Shown: positions 36,467-46,400, counted from the stretch's first letter. The stretch: 64,000 nt of DNA from Roseivivax sp. (GCA_038138625.1 JAYQEA010000003.1:14269-78268); one strand, 5' to 3'. Notes: generated from the letters alone by a model not told the origin. Numbers and translations: made by a program.

Positions 36467-36497
36467 GTTGCTTTTAATCAGTAGTTGGAGCGGATAA

Positions 36498-37088
36498 ATG
36501 CAGACGCAGCCGGGGTCGCGAAAGATGTGGCTTGATGCAGCAGCGCAGCTGTTGGCAGAAGATGGAATTGATGCTGTCAAAATCATGCCACTTGCCAAGA
36601 AAATCAAGCAGACCAGAACTGGATTTTATTGGTATTTCAATAATCAAAATGAACTATTTAAGTCATTACTTGAAGTTTGGGAGCGGCGCACAACAGAGGT
36701 TTTATTGGCGCACTGTGAGATTGATTGCGAGACGTTGTGTGACGCGGTTTTCGGTCTCATGACCTTGTGGATCCGTGCGGATCTTTTTGATGCGCAGTTG
36801 GACCGATCTGTACGGAACTGGGCGCTGCGTGACAGCCTGCCGCGCGCGCGGCTCAAAAGGTCCGATCTGTTGCGTCACGAAGCGATCTCTGGTGTCTTTG
36901 AGCGGTTTGGCTACGGGCACGCCGAGGCCAGTGCACGGGCGGATCTTTTTCTGTTGGCCCAGTCGGGGCACGCGGTTTGTCCCGGGTCGTTGCACACCCC
37001 TGAAGGACTGCTGTGTTTGGCAGAATATCTTTGCGGGATGAAGCCCACCCCATCCGAGAGCCGTCGTTTTGTTGATCACAGCGGTTGA
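36498..37088 (+). CDS. TetR/AcrR family transcriptional regulator
   Basis: The N-terminal HTH reads WLDAAAQLLAEDGIDAVKIMPLAKKIKQTRTGFYWYFNNQNELFKSLL. Confidence 0.75.
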   Translation: MQTQPGSRKMWLDAAAQLLAEDGIDAVKIMPLAKKIKQTRTGFYWYFNNQNELFKSLLEVWERRTTEVLLAHCEIDCETLCDAVFGLMTLWIRADLFDAQLDRSVRNWALRDSLPRARLKRSDLLRHEAISGVFERFGYGHAEASARADLFLLAQSGHAVCPGSLHTPEGLLCLAEYLCGMKPTPSESRRFVDHSG

Positions 37089-37140
37089 CCCCCGCGCGGC
37101 TGAGCGCCACGGTGTGGTATTAACGTATTAGAGGCCGACA

Positions 37141-38733
37141 ATGATCCGCAATCCGGTTTTGCCTGGTTTTAATCCCGATCCCAGCTTTGTTCGGGTGGAC
37201 CAGGACTACTATATCGCCACGTCGACGTTTGAGTGGTATCCTGGGGTCCAGATCCATCATTCCCGTGATTTGGTGAACTGGCGTTTGGTCGCGCGGCCTT
37301 TAAACCGGCCTGAGCTTTTGGATATGCGGGGCAACCCCGATTCATGCGGTATCTGGGCACCCTGTCTGAGCCATCATGATGGACTGTTCTGGTTGGTCTA
37401 CACAGATGTAAAACGGTTGGATGGCGCGTTTAAGGATGCACATAACTATATCACCTGTTGCGAAACTATTGATGGGGCATGGCAGGCACCTTGGTATGTG
37501 AATAGCTCGGGGTTTGATCCGTCCTTGTTTCACGATGGTGATGGACGCAAATGGTTCATGAACATGCAATGGAACCACCGTGGATCCGGGACAGGCGGTA
37601 ACCCTGCACATGACAGCTTTGACGGTATAGTGCTTCAAGAATGGTCTGTCTCGAGCGGTCTTACGGGCCCTGTCACACGTATTTGGGACGGCAGCGTGCG
37701 CGGGCTGACCGAGGCGCCCCATATCTTTAAACGCAATGGCTGGTATTATCTGACAACCGCCGAAGGCGGAACCGGGTACCAGCATGCGGTGAGCCTCGCG
37801 CGGTCTAGGAGTGTACAGGGGCCTTACGAAACACATCCGGACGCTCATGTCATATGCACGGATGGCCACCCGGACCATCCGATACAACGCACAGGTCATG
37901 GTCAATACGTCGAAACACCCGACGGTGACGTCTATCACAGCTTTCTGATGGGTCGTCCGATAGCAGGGCCAAACGGGACCGGGCGGTATTGCCCTCTTGG
38001 TCGTGAAACCGGCATCGAAAAATGCGTTTGGGGCAAAGATGATTGGCTCTACCTTGAGACGAAGGGGCTTGTGCCACGTGTCGAGGTTCCCGCACCGACG
38101 CCGGTCGAACCGATAGCGGCGAGCCCTGTACAATATAGCTTTGACGCTGGCCTGCCTGATGATTTCCAGTGGCTTCGTACCCCCTATCCCGAGCGGATTT
38201 TTCGCTGTGAAGCCGGGCAGTTGATCTTGCGCGGGCGTGAATCGCTGGGCAGTTGGTTTGAACAATCCTTGGTCGCACGACGTCAAACGGACCATGTGTA
38301 TTCGGCAGAAACTTCTGTAAATTTCGAAGCCCGATCCTATCAACATGGGGCGGGCCTGATCACCTACTACAACCGTTTCAAATTTCATGCCGCCATCCTG
38401 TCGGACGAAGGAACAGGTCCGGCTTTGCGCGTGATATCATGTGCGGGCGATTATCCTGACGGGGCGCTCACCTTATCCCCGCCGGTCCGGATCAAGGACG
38501 GGCCCGTTGATTTGCGTGTTGACGTATCGGGGGCGACGCAGCAATTCTTTTGGCGTCAAAGTGGCGCATGGACCCCGTTGGGAACGACGCTCAATGCCGC
38601 GATTATTTCAGATGAGGGTGGTCGTGGAGAGCATGCGTCGTTCACGGGCGCGTTTGTCGGTATGGTATGTTATGATTTGACCGGTCAGGCCAACGAGGCC
38701 CGGTTCGATCATTTCAGATATATCCCGTCTTAA
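37141..38733 (+). CDS. glycoside hydrolase family 43 (beta-xylosidase / alpha-L-arabinofuranosidase type)
   Basis: It starts MIRNPVLPGFNPDPSFVRVDQDYYIATSTFEWYPGVQIHHSRDLVNWRL, then GIWAPCL and TEAPHIFKRNGWYYL, and ends in a C-terminal beta-sandwich domain. Confidence 0.9.
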   Translation: MIRNPVLPGFNPDPSFVRVDQDYYIATSTFEWYPGVQIHHSRDLVNWRLVARPLNRPELLDMRGNPDSCGIWAPCLSHHDGLFWLVYTDVKRLDGAFKDAHNYITCCETIDGAWQAPWYVNSSGFDPSLFHDGDGRKWFMNMQWNHRGSGTGGNPAHDSFDGIVLQEWSVSSGLTGPVTRIWDGSVRGLTEAPHIFKRNGWYYLTTAEGGTGYQHAVSLARSRSVQGPYETHPDAHVICTDGHPDHPIQRTGHGQYVETPDGDVYHSFLMGRPIAGPNGTGRYCPLGRETGIEKCVWGKDDWLYLETKGLVPRVEVPAPTPVEPIAASPVQYSFDAGLPDDFQWLRTPYPERIFRCEAGQLILRGRESLGSWFEQSLVARRQTDHVYSAETSVNFEARSYQHGAGLITYYNRFKFHAAILSDEGTGPALRVISCAGDYPDGALTLSPPVRIKDGPVDLRVDVSGATQQFFWRQSGAWTPLGTTLNAAIISDEGGRGEHASFTGAFVGMVCYDLTGQANEARFDHFRYIPS

Positions 38734-38738
38734 GCCAT

Positions 38739-38764
38739 GCGATGGTGATGCCGTCGCGTGTTTT
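38739..38764 (+). terminator. putative intrinsic terminator after the GH43 gene
   Basis: The stem GCGATGG/CCGTCGC (one G-U pair) with a 5-nt loop is followed by GTGTTTT. It lies between convergent genes. Confidence 0.4.
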
Positions 38765-38783
38765 GGGTGAGTTCTGTCCAAGG

Positions 38784-40637
38784 TTAGGCGCTTTGGTTAG
38801 ACGTGGCCGATGCATTCGCATCCTCTAAGGCTGCTGCTAGAACTGTTTCCAGTTCTGCCTCCAGCTCTTTCGCGCGTTGGATATAGGCGGGATCGGATGC
38901 AGTCGGTTTGTCGGGTGTCCAAACCTTGGCCAGCTCGCGCAGAGCATACCGGTCATGTTTGTAATACGCACGCTCTGCGGCGGCTGCCTCGGACTCGTTG
39001 AGGCCAATATTTTCCAGCACATACCGACCTGCTCGAAGAGAGCTGTCAAAAAGCTCGCGGACGATGTCATTGGCGCCCGCACGGTACAGCCCAAAGACGT
39101 GGTGACGTGACCGGGCTCGTGCGATAATATGCAGGTCCGGGCGTTCGCGCCGCGCATAAGTGGTCAGCCGTGTCGCTGCGTCTTGATCGTCCAGTGCGAC
39201 CACCAGAACCTGTGCATGCGCCAGACCGGCTGCGTGCAGAACCTCTGGTCGTGTCGGATCGCCCAAAAACCCCTTGTAACCAAAGCGGCGCATCAGTTCG
39301 ATGGTGACCATATCATGATCCAGCACAACGCAGGTGTGTCCTGTAGATCTGACCAATTGGGTTACCGTTTGTCCAAAACGTCCCAGACCGGCAATAATGA
39401 CGGGGCCTTTTATGTCGATCTCGTCTTCATCCATGGCGTTTGCGTTGGATTTGACCAAGCGCGCTGCAATCGCGGCATACATCATAAAACTGAGAGGGGT
39501 CAGTAACATCGAAAGGGCGACGATCAGCAACAACTGATCTGTCAATGCTGCAGGCAGGACCGCTGCCTGACCGGAAAATGCGATCAATACAAACCCGAAC
39601 TCACCTGCCTGGGCCAACCCAAGAGTGAATAGCCAAAGCGCCCGCCGTCTTAATCCGAATAATCGGCCCAGCCCGAAAAGAATGGCACCTTTGAGTATCA
39701 TCACCGACACGGTCAGGGCCAGTAGATGGACCGGGTTCGCCCAGACTGCTGCAAGGTCGATGCCTGCACCAACAGTGATAAAGAAAAGCCCTAGTAAAAG
39801 GCCCTTGAACGGTTTGATGTCGGATTCAATTTCATGTCGAAATTCCGAATTTGCCAAGACGACCCCACCCAGAAACGCGCCAAGTGCCGGAGACAGCCCC
39901 ACAAGCAACATTGCCGACGCGATACCGACCACGATCAATAGGGCCAGTGCGGTGTACATCTCTGGCAAATGGGCGGCGTGGACAAAGCGAAATACAGGAC
40001 GCACAAGGTAAAGTCCGGCCAAAACGAGCCCTGCGATTGTACCCAGTGTGGCCAGCGCTGCACCCCATCCCGGCAGACTTGACACCAGCGAAATGCTGTC
40101 GTGTCCATTGGCACTGGCTTCATGGCCGGACATGGCTAGCAGCGGCAAAAGGATCAAAAAGGGAATGACCGCGATGTCTTGTGTCAATAGCACTGAAAAC
40201 GCTGATCGTCCTCCTTGTGTTTGAGCCAAGCCCTTTTCTGTGAGGGTTTGCAATACGATCGCGGTTGAACTTAAGGCGAGGATCAAGCCTACCGCAACAG
40301 ATTGACGTGGCTGCAACCCAATCGCCCAGGCCCCCCCCGCCAGTAACACAACAGACCCCAACACTTGCAACGTGCCCAGTCCCAGAAGGCGATGGCGCAT
40401 ATCCCACAACGTGCGCGGTTGAAGTTCAAGGCCGATCAAAAAAAGCATCATGACAACGCCGAACTCGGCCACGTGTTGAAGGCTTGTTGTGTCGCCCACC
40501 AATCCTAAAATTGGCCCGACAACCAAGCCAGCCAGTAAATATCCCAAAACGGATCCCAACCCGAGACGTGCCGCGAAAGGAACGGCAACCACGGCCGCGA
40601 TCAAATAGATGCTGGCATTGAAAAGAAAAGCCTCCAT
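38784..40637 (-). CDS. glutathione-regulated potassium-efflux system protein (CPA2 antiporter with RCK/KTN domain)
   Basis: A 617-aa ORF of about 12 TM segments. The Na_H exchanger core is followed by VIIAGLGRFGQTV (a Rossmann KTN domain). Confidence 0.9.
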   Translation of the reverse strand: MEAFLFNASIYLIAAVVAVPFAARLGLGSVLGYLLAGLVVGPILGLVGDTTSLQHVAEFGVVMMLFLIGLELQPRTLWDMRHRLLGLGTLQVLGSVVLLAGGAWAIGLQPRQSVAVGLILALSSTAIVLQTLTEKGLAQTQGGRSAFSVLLTQDIAVIPFLILLPLLAMSGHEASANGHDSISLVSSLPGWGAALATLGTIAGLVLAGLYLVRPVFRFVHAAHLPEMYTALALLIVVGIASAMLLVGLSPALGAFLGGVVLANSEFRHEIESDIKPFKGLLLGLFFITVGAGIDLAAVWANPVHLLALTVSVMILKGAILFGLGRLFGLRRRALWLFTLGLAQAGEFGFVLIAFSGQAAVLPAALTDQLLLIVALSMLLTPLSFMMYAAIAARLVKSNANAMDEDEIDIKGPVIIAGLGRFGQTVTQLVRSTGHTCVVLDHDMVTIELMRRFGYKGFLGDPTRPEVLHAAGLAHAQVLVVALDDQDAATRLTTYARRERPDLHIIARARSRHHVFGLYRAGANDIVRELFDSSLRAGRYVLENIGLNESEAAAAERAYYKHDRYALRELAKVWTPDKPTASDPAYIQRAKELEAELETVLAAALEDANASATSNQSA

Positions 40638-40653
40638 ATTGGCCTCCGAATTG

Positions 40654-41142
40654 TCAAATGGGATATGGTGCGTCGGATTTCAGCTGATTCATGACAATCT
40701 GGCTTTGGACACGGGCAACGGTCTCGTGTGGTAACAGGACGTTGTGAATTAGCCTGTTCAGGGCGGAGAGATCTGCACACCAGACCTGCAAAAGATAATC
40801 CGCTTCCCCTGTCAGCGTCCAGGCACTGATAATCTCGGGATTGACCTGAACCAGTCTGGCAAAACTGCGTGCGCCATCAGGAGTGTGAGCTTGCATTTGC
40901 ACTTGGACGAAGGCCTGTACCGTCAGCCCAAGTGTCTGGGGATTCAATCGCGCGACATAGGATTTGATGTATCCGGCGTTTTCGAGGCGCTGTCGACGAC
41001 GTCCGGCCTGACTGGCAGAAAGGTTCAATGTTCTGCTCAGGTCCTGAGCTGTCATCTGAGAATTGGTCTGCAAGGCATCAAGCAGACGCTTGTCCGTTTC
41101 ATCCAATTGATGCGGGTTTTGTGCGTTGTAATCGTCATTCAT
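40654..41142 (-). CDS. Lrp/AsnC family transcriptional regulator
   Basis: It reads LDETDKRLLDALQTNSQMTAQDLSRTLNLSASQAGRRRQRLENAGYI and has an AsnC_trans_reg C-terminal domain. It is divergent from hppD. Confidence 0.9.
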   Translation of the reverse strand: MNDDYNAQNPHQLDETDKRLLDALQTNSQMTAQDLSRTLNLSASQAGRRRQRLENAGYIKSYVARLNPQTLGLTVQAFVQVQMQAHTPDGARSFARLVQVNPEIISAWTLTGEADYLLQVWCADLSALNRLIHNVLLPHETVARVQSQIVMNQLKSDAPYPI

Positions 41143-41245
41143 GCTGTATATCAGGCTAAATTTAGCTGAATTACAAGTATTTTGCGCAAACTATGAGATC
41201 TTTACGCTTTAGGATCCCTTGCATGCATTGCACAGGAGGCTATCC

Positions 41246-42352
41246 ATGGGACCGTTCCCGCACAACACTCCACAGTCCAAGGTTACCGAGCAGAACCCTG
41301 CCGGGACAGATGGCTTTGAATTTGTCGAATTTGCCCATCCTGAACCGGACGTGCTGAGGACACAATTTTCGCAAATGGGCTTTGAGCACGTGGCAACGCA
41401 CAAAGTCAAAGCGATCGAACTGTGGCAGCAGGGGGATATAACCTATGTGGTGAATGCCGAACCTGACAGCCATGCTGCGCGTTTTGCCGAGCAACATGGA
41501 CCCTGTGCGCCCTCAATGGGTTGGCGCGTGGCCAGCGCAAAACAGGCGCTTGACCATGCTGTCTCTCAAGGCGCCAAAATCTACGATTCTGCCGATAAGA
41601 CTATGGAGGTCCCCGCCATAGAAGGTATTGGCGGATCGTTGATCTATTTCATCGAAGATTATTATGCGACCTCGCCGTACAATGCAGAGTTCAACTGGAT
41701 AGCCCGATCCAAGCCTAAAGGCGTTGGATTTTACTATCTTGACCACCTGACCCATAATGTTTTTCGGGGGAATATGGATGTCTGGTTTAAATTTTACAAA
41801 AAACTTTTCAATTTCAGAGAGGTAAAGTTTTTTGATATCGAAGGTAAATATACCGGATTGGTCAGTCGTGCGCTGACATCGCCCTGTGGACGGATCAGGA
41901 TTCCGATCAATGAAGACCGCGGCGAGACTGGCCAGATCGTCAGCTATCTGAAGAAATACCGTGGTGAAGGTATCCAACACATCGCGGTCGGAAGCGAAAC
42001 ACTTTACGATAGCACAGATAGGATTGCGGAGGCTGGCATTGCGTTCATGCCCCCCCCGCCAGCTGCCTATTACGCACAAAGCCATGATCGGGTGCAAGGC
42101 CATCAAGAGCCGGTGGATCGCATGATGCGCTATGGAATTTTAATTGATGGCGAAGGCGTTGTGAATGGTGGCGAGACACGCATTCTTTTACAGATTTTTT
42201 CAAAAACGATGATCGGCCCGATCTTTTTTGAATTTATCCAACGCAAAGGGGATGACGGTTTTGGTGAGGGCAATTTCAAGGCTTTGTTTGAATCGATAGA
42301 GCGTGAACAAATAAATTCTGGTGAACTGACGTCGGAGATGTCGACCCTTTGA
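41246..42352 (+). CDS. hppD: 4-hydroxyphenylpyruvate dioxygenase
   Basis: AGGAGG precedes the ATG at 41246. It reads GTDGFEFVEFAHPEP, LDHLTHNV, GIQHIA and FFEFIQRKGDDGFGEGNFKALFESIE. Confidence 0.9.
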   Translation: MGPFPHNTPQSKVTEQNPAGTDGFEFVEFAHPEPDVLRTQFSQMGFEHVATHKVKAIELWQQGDITYVVNAEPDSHAARFAEQHGPCAPSMGWRVASAKQALDHAVSQGAKIYDSADKTMEVPAIEGIGGSLIYFIEDYYATSPYNAEFNWIARSKPKGVGFYYLDHLTHNVFRGNMDVWFKFYKKLFNFREVKFFDIEGKYTGLVSRALTSPCGRIRIPINEDRGETGQIVSYLKKYRGEGIQHIAVGSETLYDSTDRIAEAGIAFMPPPPAAYYAQSHDRVQGHQEPVDRMMRYGILIDGEGVVNGGETRILLQIFSKTMIGPIFFEFIQRKGDDGFGEGNFKALFESIEREQINSGELTSEMSTL

Positions 42353-42472
42353 TCGGCAACGGGTACACAAAATGCAGGCCACAGCGGCATCGAGCCCCTG
42401 CGGTCTGCGCCCGGTCAGGGACCGGACCGGCGCCCTGGGTCAAAAAGTGCTGCATTAAACTAAGACATAAAT

Positions 42473-45400
42473 TCAGGGTGGTGTCAGAACGATGGTTCTT
42501 CCGCTCCTTACATAGCGGAGTTCGTCGCGCGTGATCGCAGCAACGCGTCCACCGTCAAGGCGATCTCCGACGGCAACCTGAACATAGCGGCCATTGACCA
42601 GGCGTATTGTTGCGCGTCGCTGCCCGGGTGTTCCATAAATGCCCATGACATTAATGCGGCGGCGGTTCAGGGCGTTTGTTTGTGTTGCGGCGCGGGCGAC
42701 GCTGATTGGTGTGTTTGAGGTTATGGTCGCAGCCGGCGCCGCCGCGCGTGGCTGCGCCGTTGCAGCAACCTCGCGGGTTTGGGGTGTTTGCGCCGCGCGC
42801 GCGGTCCTGACGATCCGGTCAAAATCGCGGGGCCTGCCTATAGGGCGTGGTGCAACTTTAACAGCTTGTGTGGTAGCGGACGTGTCTGCCTCGTCCAGAT
42901 CCTTTTGTGTGATCGGACGGGGGCGTGGTCGAAAGCCCGACAGTTCGGCAAGAGAAAGCCCGCTCAATTCGGCGCGTTCGCGTCTCTCACTCAGGCTGTC
43001 TGGACGAAGTTTTGGACGTGCTGCTTTCATCGCTGCCTGTAAAGCCAAAAGCTCGGGCGATTGGGACAGAAGCGCGGCTTCGGCTGGGCGCGGGGGGGGA
43101 ACTGTTTCTGGAGCGCCGAGATAGACCATGAAGCGGTCTGGCGAAATGGCACCCTCTTTTGTCGCCCGGACCAGTCCACGCGCGTCAAGATCAAAACGGA
43201 ATTCAGGGCCCAGGGGCAAAACCGGTGGTGGTACGGGGCGGTCCACGCGAAGCTGTCCAACGCTTGCCAATGCCACGGCATCCGGTTGCGGGACGCGCGC
43301 ATCTATTGAAGTGGTGTAGACTGCGCCCAATCCCTCGGCAGTTGGGATGCCGGGTTGTTGCGGCCCGCGTTGCCAAATTCCCGTCGCCACATAGGCGGTT
43401 TCGGCCTCGGTTTCAGACACGACCTCGAAGGTGTCGGGCGCAGTCAGGTTTGAGGTTTGCGGCATTGGCGCTACGGGGTCTAACACCGACAGACTGAGCG
43501 TTCCGGCGTCACCGTTGTTCGGGCCACCCGGGACAAGAGAGTTTGTCTCGGCTGTATCAACACCACGCAATGATCCGGGTAGGAACCGCGCCAGACCGTC
43601 GTCCAAAAACACCGAAGCCCACACCGCCGCACCCGCCAGAACCATAAGCAGTGTCAATGTGAGGACAAGGCCCACAAGACGCGACTGGCGCTGCCTTTTT
43701 AAGCGTTTGGGATGCGCGAACGCTTCGTCTATTGATTTAGGGGCTGCGCCATCCGCTGATGGCATTGGGGGGATTTCAGGATCCTCATCCAGCGGCGGTA
43801 GGTCCGGTTCTTCGGCACGCTGTTCGGCGAGTGCGGTTGTGATCACGGCGCCGGGGCGATTGCGCGCCGGTAAAATGCCAAACCGACGTTTGGGTCTAAC
43901 GTCGTCGGCTGTATCGGGTTTGGTGTCAGATTCAATAGTCTCGTCAGCGACGAGTGGTGCGTCATTGAAGTCTTCTACCGCTGCGTTGCGACGGCCGAAC
44001 AATCGCGACTTTTTACGCGGTTTTTGAGGTGGATTCAGAGGGAAAGGATCTTCATCCCATTTCGGAGATGGATCCGTGTCGCGCGGCTTGGATTTGAATG
44101 CGGGGGGGGCATCGGGCCGGGTCAGCGAAAGACTTCCACGGCGTTCTGTGCTGGAGTCGCCGCGATCCCCGCGCACTGATGCAAAAGCCGGAGGATTTTG
44201 GGCTGCTAATGGAGGACGTGTAGGGATTTCTGGTGTGTCGCGACGTGGCGGTAACGGAGGTCGCATGCCACCGTCTGCACGGCGACTGCTGAATGTGGCA
44301 AGCGGCTGTGGTGTTTCGGTTGCGACTGAGACATCTGATCCATCCGGTGGCTCGAGGTTCGGCGTTTGGGCGTTCTGTGCGCCGTCGTTTGGCCCAGACG
44401 TTGTCTCGTCCGGATCATTTTCGCTGGACCCCGCAACACTTGATGGGTCATTTTCTTCTGCTTCTGCTTCTGCTTCTGCTTCTGCTTCTGCTTCTGCTTC
44501 TGCTTCTGCCTCTGGCATGTCAGAAATAATGGGCTCGATTGCATCTGACGGGGCAGGCGCAGGATCTTGAAAATCGTCCTCTGGCACGAGAGGTGACACA
44601 AGAGGTCTTGCAGGCTGATTTTCTTCGTCCGGCTCAATCGGATCAGTTGCGGGCATCTCTGCCAAGGCATCAAAAGCGTTTTGTGCGAGATCTGTGTCGG
44701 GTTCTTTGTGCCCATCAGCATCGCGCAGGGCTGCAAACGCGGCCTTGCTTAGCGAATCTTCGGGCTCATTTTCTTGGTGCAGAGCGTCTTCTGCATCCTG
44801 TGCATTTAAAACATCTTTGAAACTGGGATGCGATTTTTCAGCGTCATCCGGAAAAATCGTTTCGGTTTGATCAGAGGTGTCCGTGTCGTCTGTGTTCTTT
44901 GAAAGATCCGTGCCGACTGAATGGTCTGTCTTCTCGACGGACGCATCGTCTAGCGGCTCATCCGATTGTGATGGTGTCAGATCATCTGCGCCAGATTGTA
45001 TTTCGCCTCTTGGAGAAGGTAAGTCCGGGATCGGATTATCATCGCGTTGCGGTAAATCTCCGGTCCAACCGCGCGCGGCGCCAAAAAACACCTCACCTTC
45101 AAACGAGTCTGACAAACAAGCCGCGAAACACACCGCAGAAAAGCCATGAGCGGTGGCAAACACCTCCGCCTGTGTGAGCGTTTCCCGAGCCACCGCAGCC
45201 ACCTGAATTTGAGTGCCTACAATAGCCCAGTCACAGACCAATTCATGTGCCTGGTACGGCGTTTCAGCTTCCAGAGCCCGATTGATTCGGTCCTGCATCG
45301 CGGCACCACGGGCGCCGTCGTCTTCAAGACAGAGAAATTTGATCTGCGTATCCGGGATGATCAGCTTGACATCAACACTGCCGGTGCTGCGCTTTAGTGC

Positions 45401-45553
45401 CTGATTGTAAAGGTCTGCGAGCGCTTCTTTGAGGTCGGGTGCGCTGACCGCAACTTCGCCCAAGGCAATCCACCCCTTGGCGTCGCGCGCCAAAAGGGCG
45501 ATGCCATCGTAGGACAAGGACAACGCAAAATCCGGTTTCATGAGTGGCTGCAT
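42473..45553 (-). CDS. large membrane-anchored proline/acid-rich protein, conserved hypothetical
   Basis: The 1026-aa ORF has four parts. First, a structured N-terminal domain of about 160 aa. Second, about 450 aa of low-complexity D/E/P-rich sequence that includes (EA)n. Third, one TM helix (LVGLVLTLTLLMVLAGAAVWASVFL). Fourth, a C-terminal part ending INVMGIYGTPGQRRATIRLVNGRYVQVAVGDRLDGGRVAAITRDELRYV. Confidence 0.7.
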   Translation of the reverse strand: MQPLMKPDFALSLSYDGIALLARDAKGWIALGEVAVSAPDLKEALADLYNQALKRSTGSVDVKLIIPDTQIKFLCLEDDGARGAAMQDRINRALEAETPYQAHELVCDWAIVGTQIQVAAVARETLTQAEVFATAHGFSAVCFAACLSDSFEGEVFFGAARGWTGDLPQRDDNPIPDLPSPRGEIQSGADDLTPSQSDEPLDDASVEKTDHSVGTDLSKNTDDTDTSDQTETIFPDDAEKSHPSFKDVLNAQDAEDALHQENEPEDSLSKAAFAALRDADGHKEPDTDLAQNAFDALAEMPATDPIEPDEENQPARPLVSPLVPEDDFQDPAPAPSDAIEPIISDMPEAEAEAEAEAEAEAEAEAEENDPSSVAGSSENDPDETTSGPNDGAQNAQTPNLEPPDGSDVSVATETPQPLATFSSRRADGGMRPPLPPRRDTPEIPTRPPLAAQNPPAFASVRGDRGDSSTERRGSLSLTRPDAPPAFKSKPRDTDPSPKWDEDPFPLNPPQKPRKKSRLFGRRNAAVEDFNDAPLVADETIESDTKPDTADDVRPKRRFGILPARNRPGAVITTALAEQRAEEPDLPPLDEDPEIPPMPSADGAAPKSIDEAFAHPKRLKRQRQSRLVGLVLTLTLLMVLAGAAVWASVFLDDGLARFLPGSLRGVDTAETNSLVPGGPNNGDAGTLSLSVLDPVAPMPQTSNLTAPDTFEVVSETEAETAYVATGIWQRGPQQPGIPTAEGLGAVYTTSIDARVPQPDAVALASVGQLRVDRPVPPPVLPLGPEFRFDLDARGLVRATKEGAISPDRFMVYLGAPETVPPPRPAEAALLSQSPELLALQAAMKAARPKLRPDSLSERRERAELSGLSLAELSGFRPRPRPITQKDLDEADTSATTQAVKVAPRPIGRPRDFDRIVRTARAAQTPQTREVAATAQPRAAAPAATITSNTPISVARAATQTNALNRRRINVMGIYGTPGQRRATIRLVNGRYVQVAVGDRLDGGRVAAITRDELRYVRSGRTIVLTPP
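44455..44514. repeat. (CTTCTG)9 perfect hexanucleotide tandem repeat plus one degenerate unit
   Basis: The repeat is read directly at 44455-44508 and is followed by CCTCTG. On the coding (minus) strand it encodes the EAEAEA... tract of the 1026-aa protein. Confidence 0.9.
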
Positions 45554-45703
45554 AACATGTGCACGCCAAGGGGGGGAGTCATTCTGCGCTTGTTTTCTGG
45601 ATTGTTAGCAAGGAATTGCGCATCGTTTGCACTGGGGTTGCGACATCGCGCCATTAGGCGCAGCCTGTCGCACCAATGATCATAACATCAGGTAAGGCAG
45701 GAT

Positions 45704-46387
45704 ATGCGAATTCTTTATGCAATGACTTTCGTCTGGCTGACAGCGGTGACGGCGCTGGCGGAAGGGGCCACTGTAACGGTGCAAGGATCAGGTATAGCCG
45801 AGGCAGTTCCCGACATCGTCATTCTGAATATCGGCGTGGAAGCTCGCGCAGAGCAGCCACAGGACGCCGCTGACGCTATGGCTATCGACGCGGCCGAGGT
45901 TCTGGCCGCATTGATTGCACAAGGGGTGGCCACGCGTGATGTGCAGACCCAATCGATCAATTTGCAACCCGTTTACGAAACCCGCGACGCAGACCGCCGA
46001 TCGGTCATAGTCGGTTTTGTCGCATCAAACCGGTATTCTGTCATCCTGCGGGATCTGGACCTTGTGGGGCCCGTGTTGGGGGCTGTTCTCGAGGTTGGTG
46101 CAGATCGCTTAGAGGGTTTGCGCTTTGATATATCGGATCCCCAGCCACTTTTGACACAGGCCCGACAGCGCGCAGTCGAGGATGCTCATCTAAGGGCAGA
46201 GACCTATGCCAAGGCCGCAGGTCTGGAACTTGGCGCGGTTTTGTACATCCAAGAAGGTGGGGGCGGGTCATACCCTCGGCCGGAAATGATGATGTCATCC
46301 CGCATGGCGTCTGATATGGCGGTTGCGGCAGGTACCTTGGAGAAAAGGGCGCAAGTCACTGTGACCTACGCCCTCAAACAACCCTAA
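45704..46387 (+). CDS. SIMPL (DUF541, BP26-like) periplasmic protein
   Basis: A signal peptide MRILYAMTFVWLTAVTALAEG is followed by TVQGSGIAEAVPDIVILNIGVE...VTVTYAL, typical of the SIMPL family. Confidence 0.8.
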   Translation: MRILYAMTFVWLTAVTALAEGATVTVQGSGIAEAVPDIVILNIGVEARAEQPQDAADAMAIDAAEVLAALIAQGVATRDVQTQSINLQPVYETRDADRRSVIVGFVASNRYSVILRDLDLVGPVLGAVLEVGADRLEGLRFDISDPQPLLTQARQRAVEDAHLRAETYAKAAGLELGAVLYIQEGGGGSYPRPEMMMSSRMASDMAVAAGTLEKRAQVTVTYALKQP

Positions 46388-46400
46388 AGCCTGACTGTGA

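Noticed and set aside
44455-44514. A short tandem array that could be mistaken for a CRISPR-like or other spacer-repeat structure.
   Set aside because: It is a pure 6-nt microsatellite with no spacers and lies in-frame inside a CDS. No CRISPR array exists anywhere in the window.
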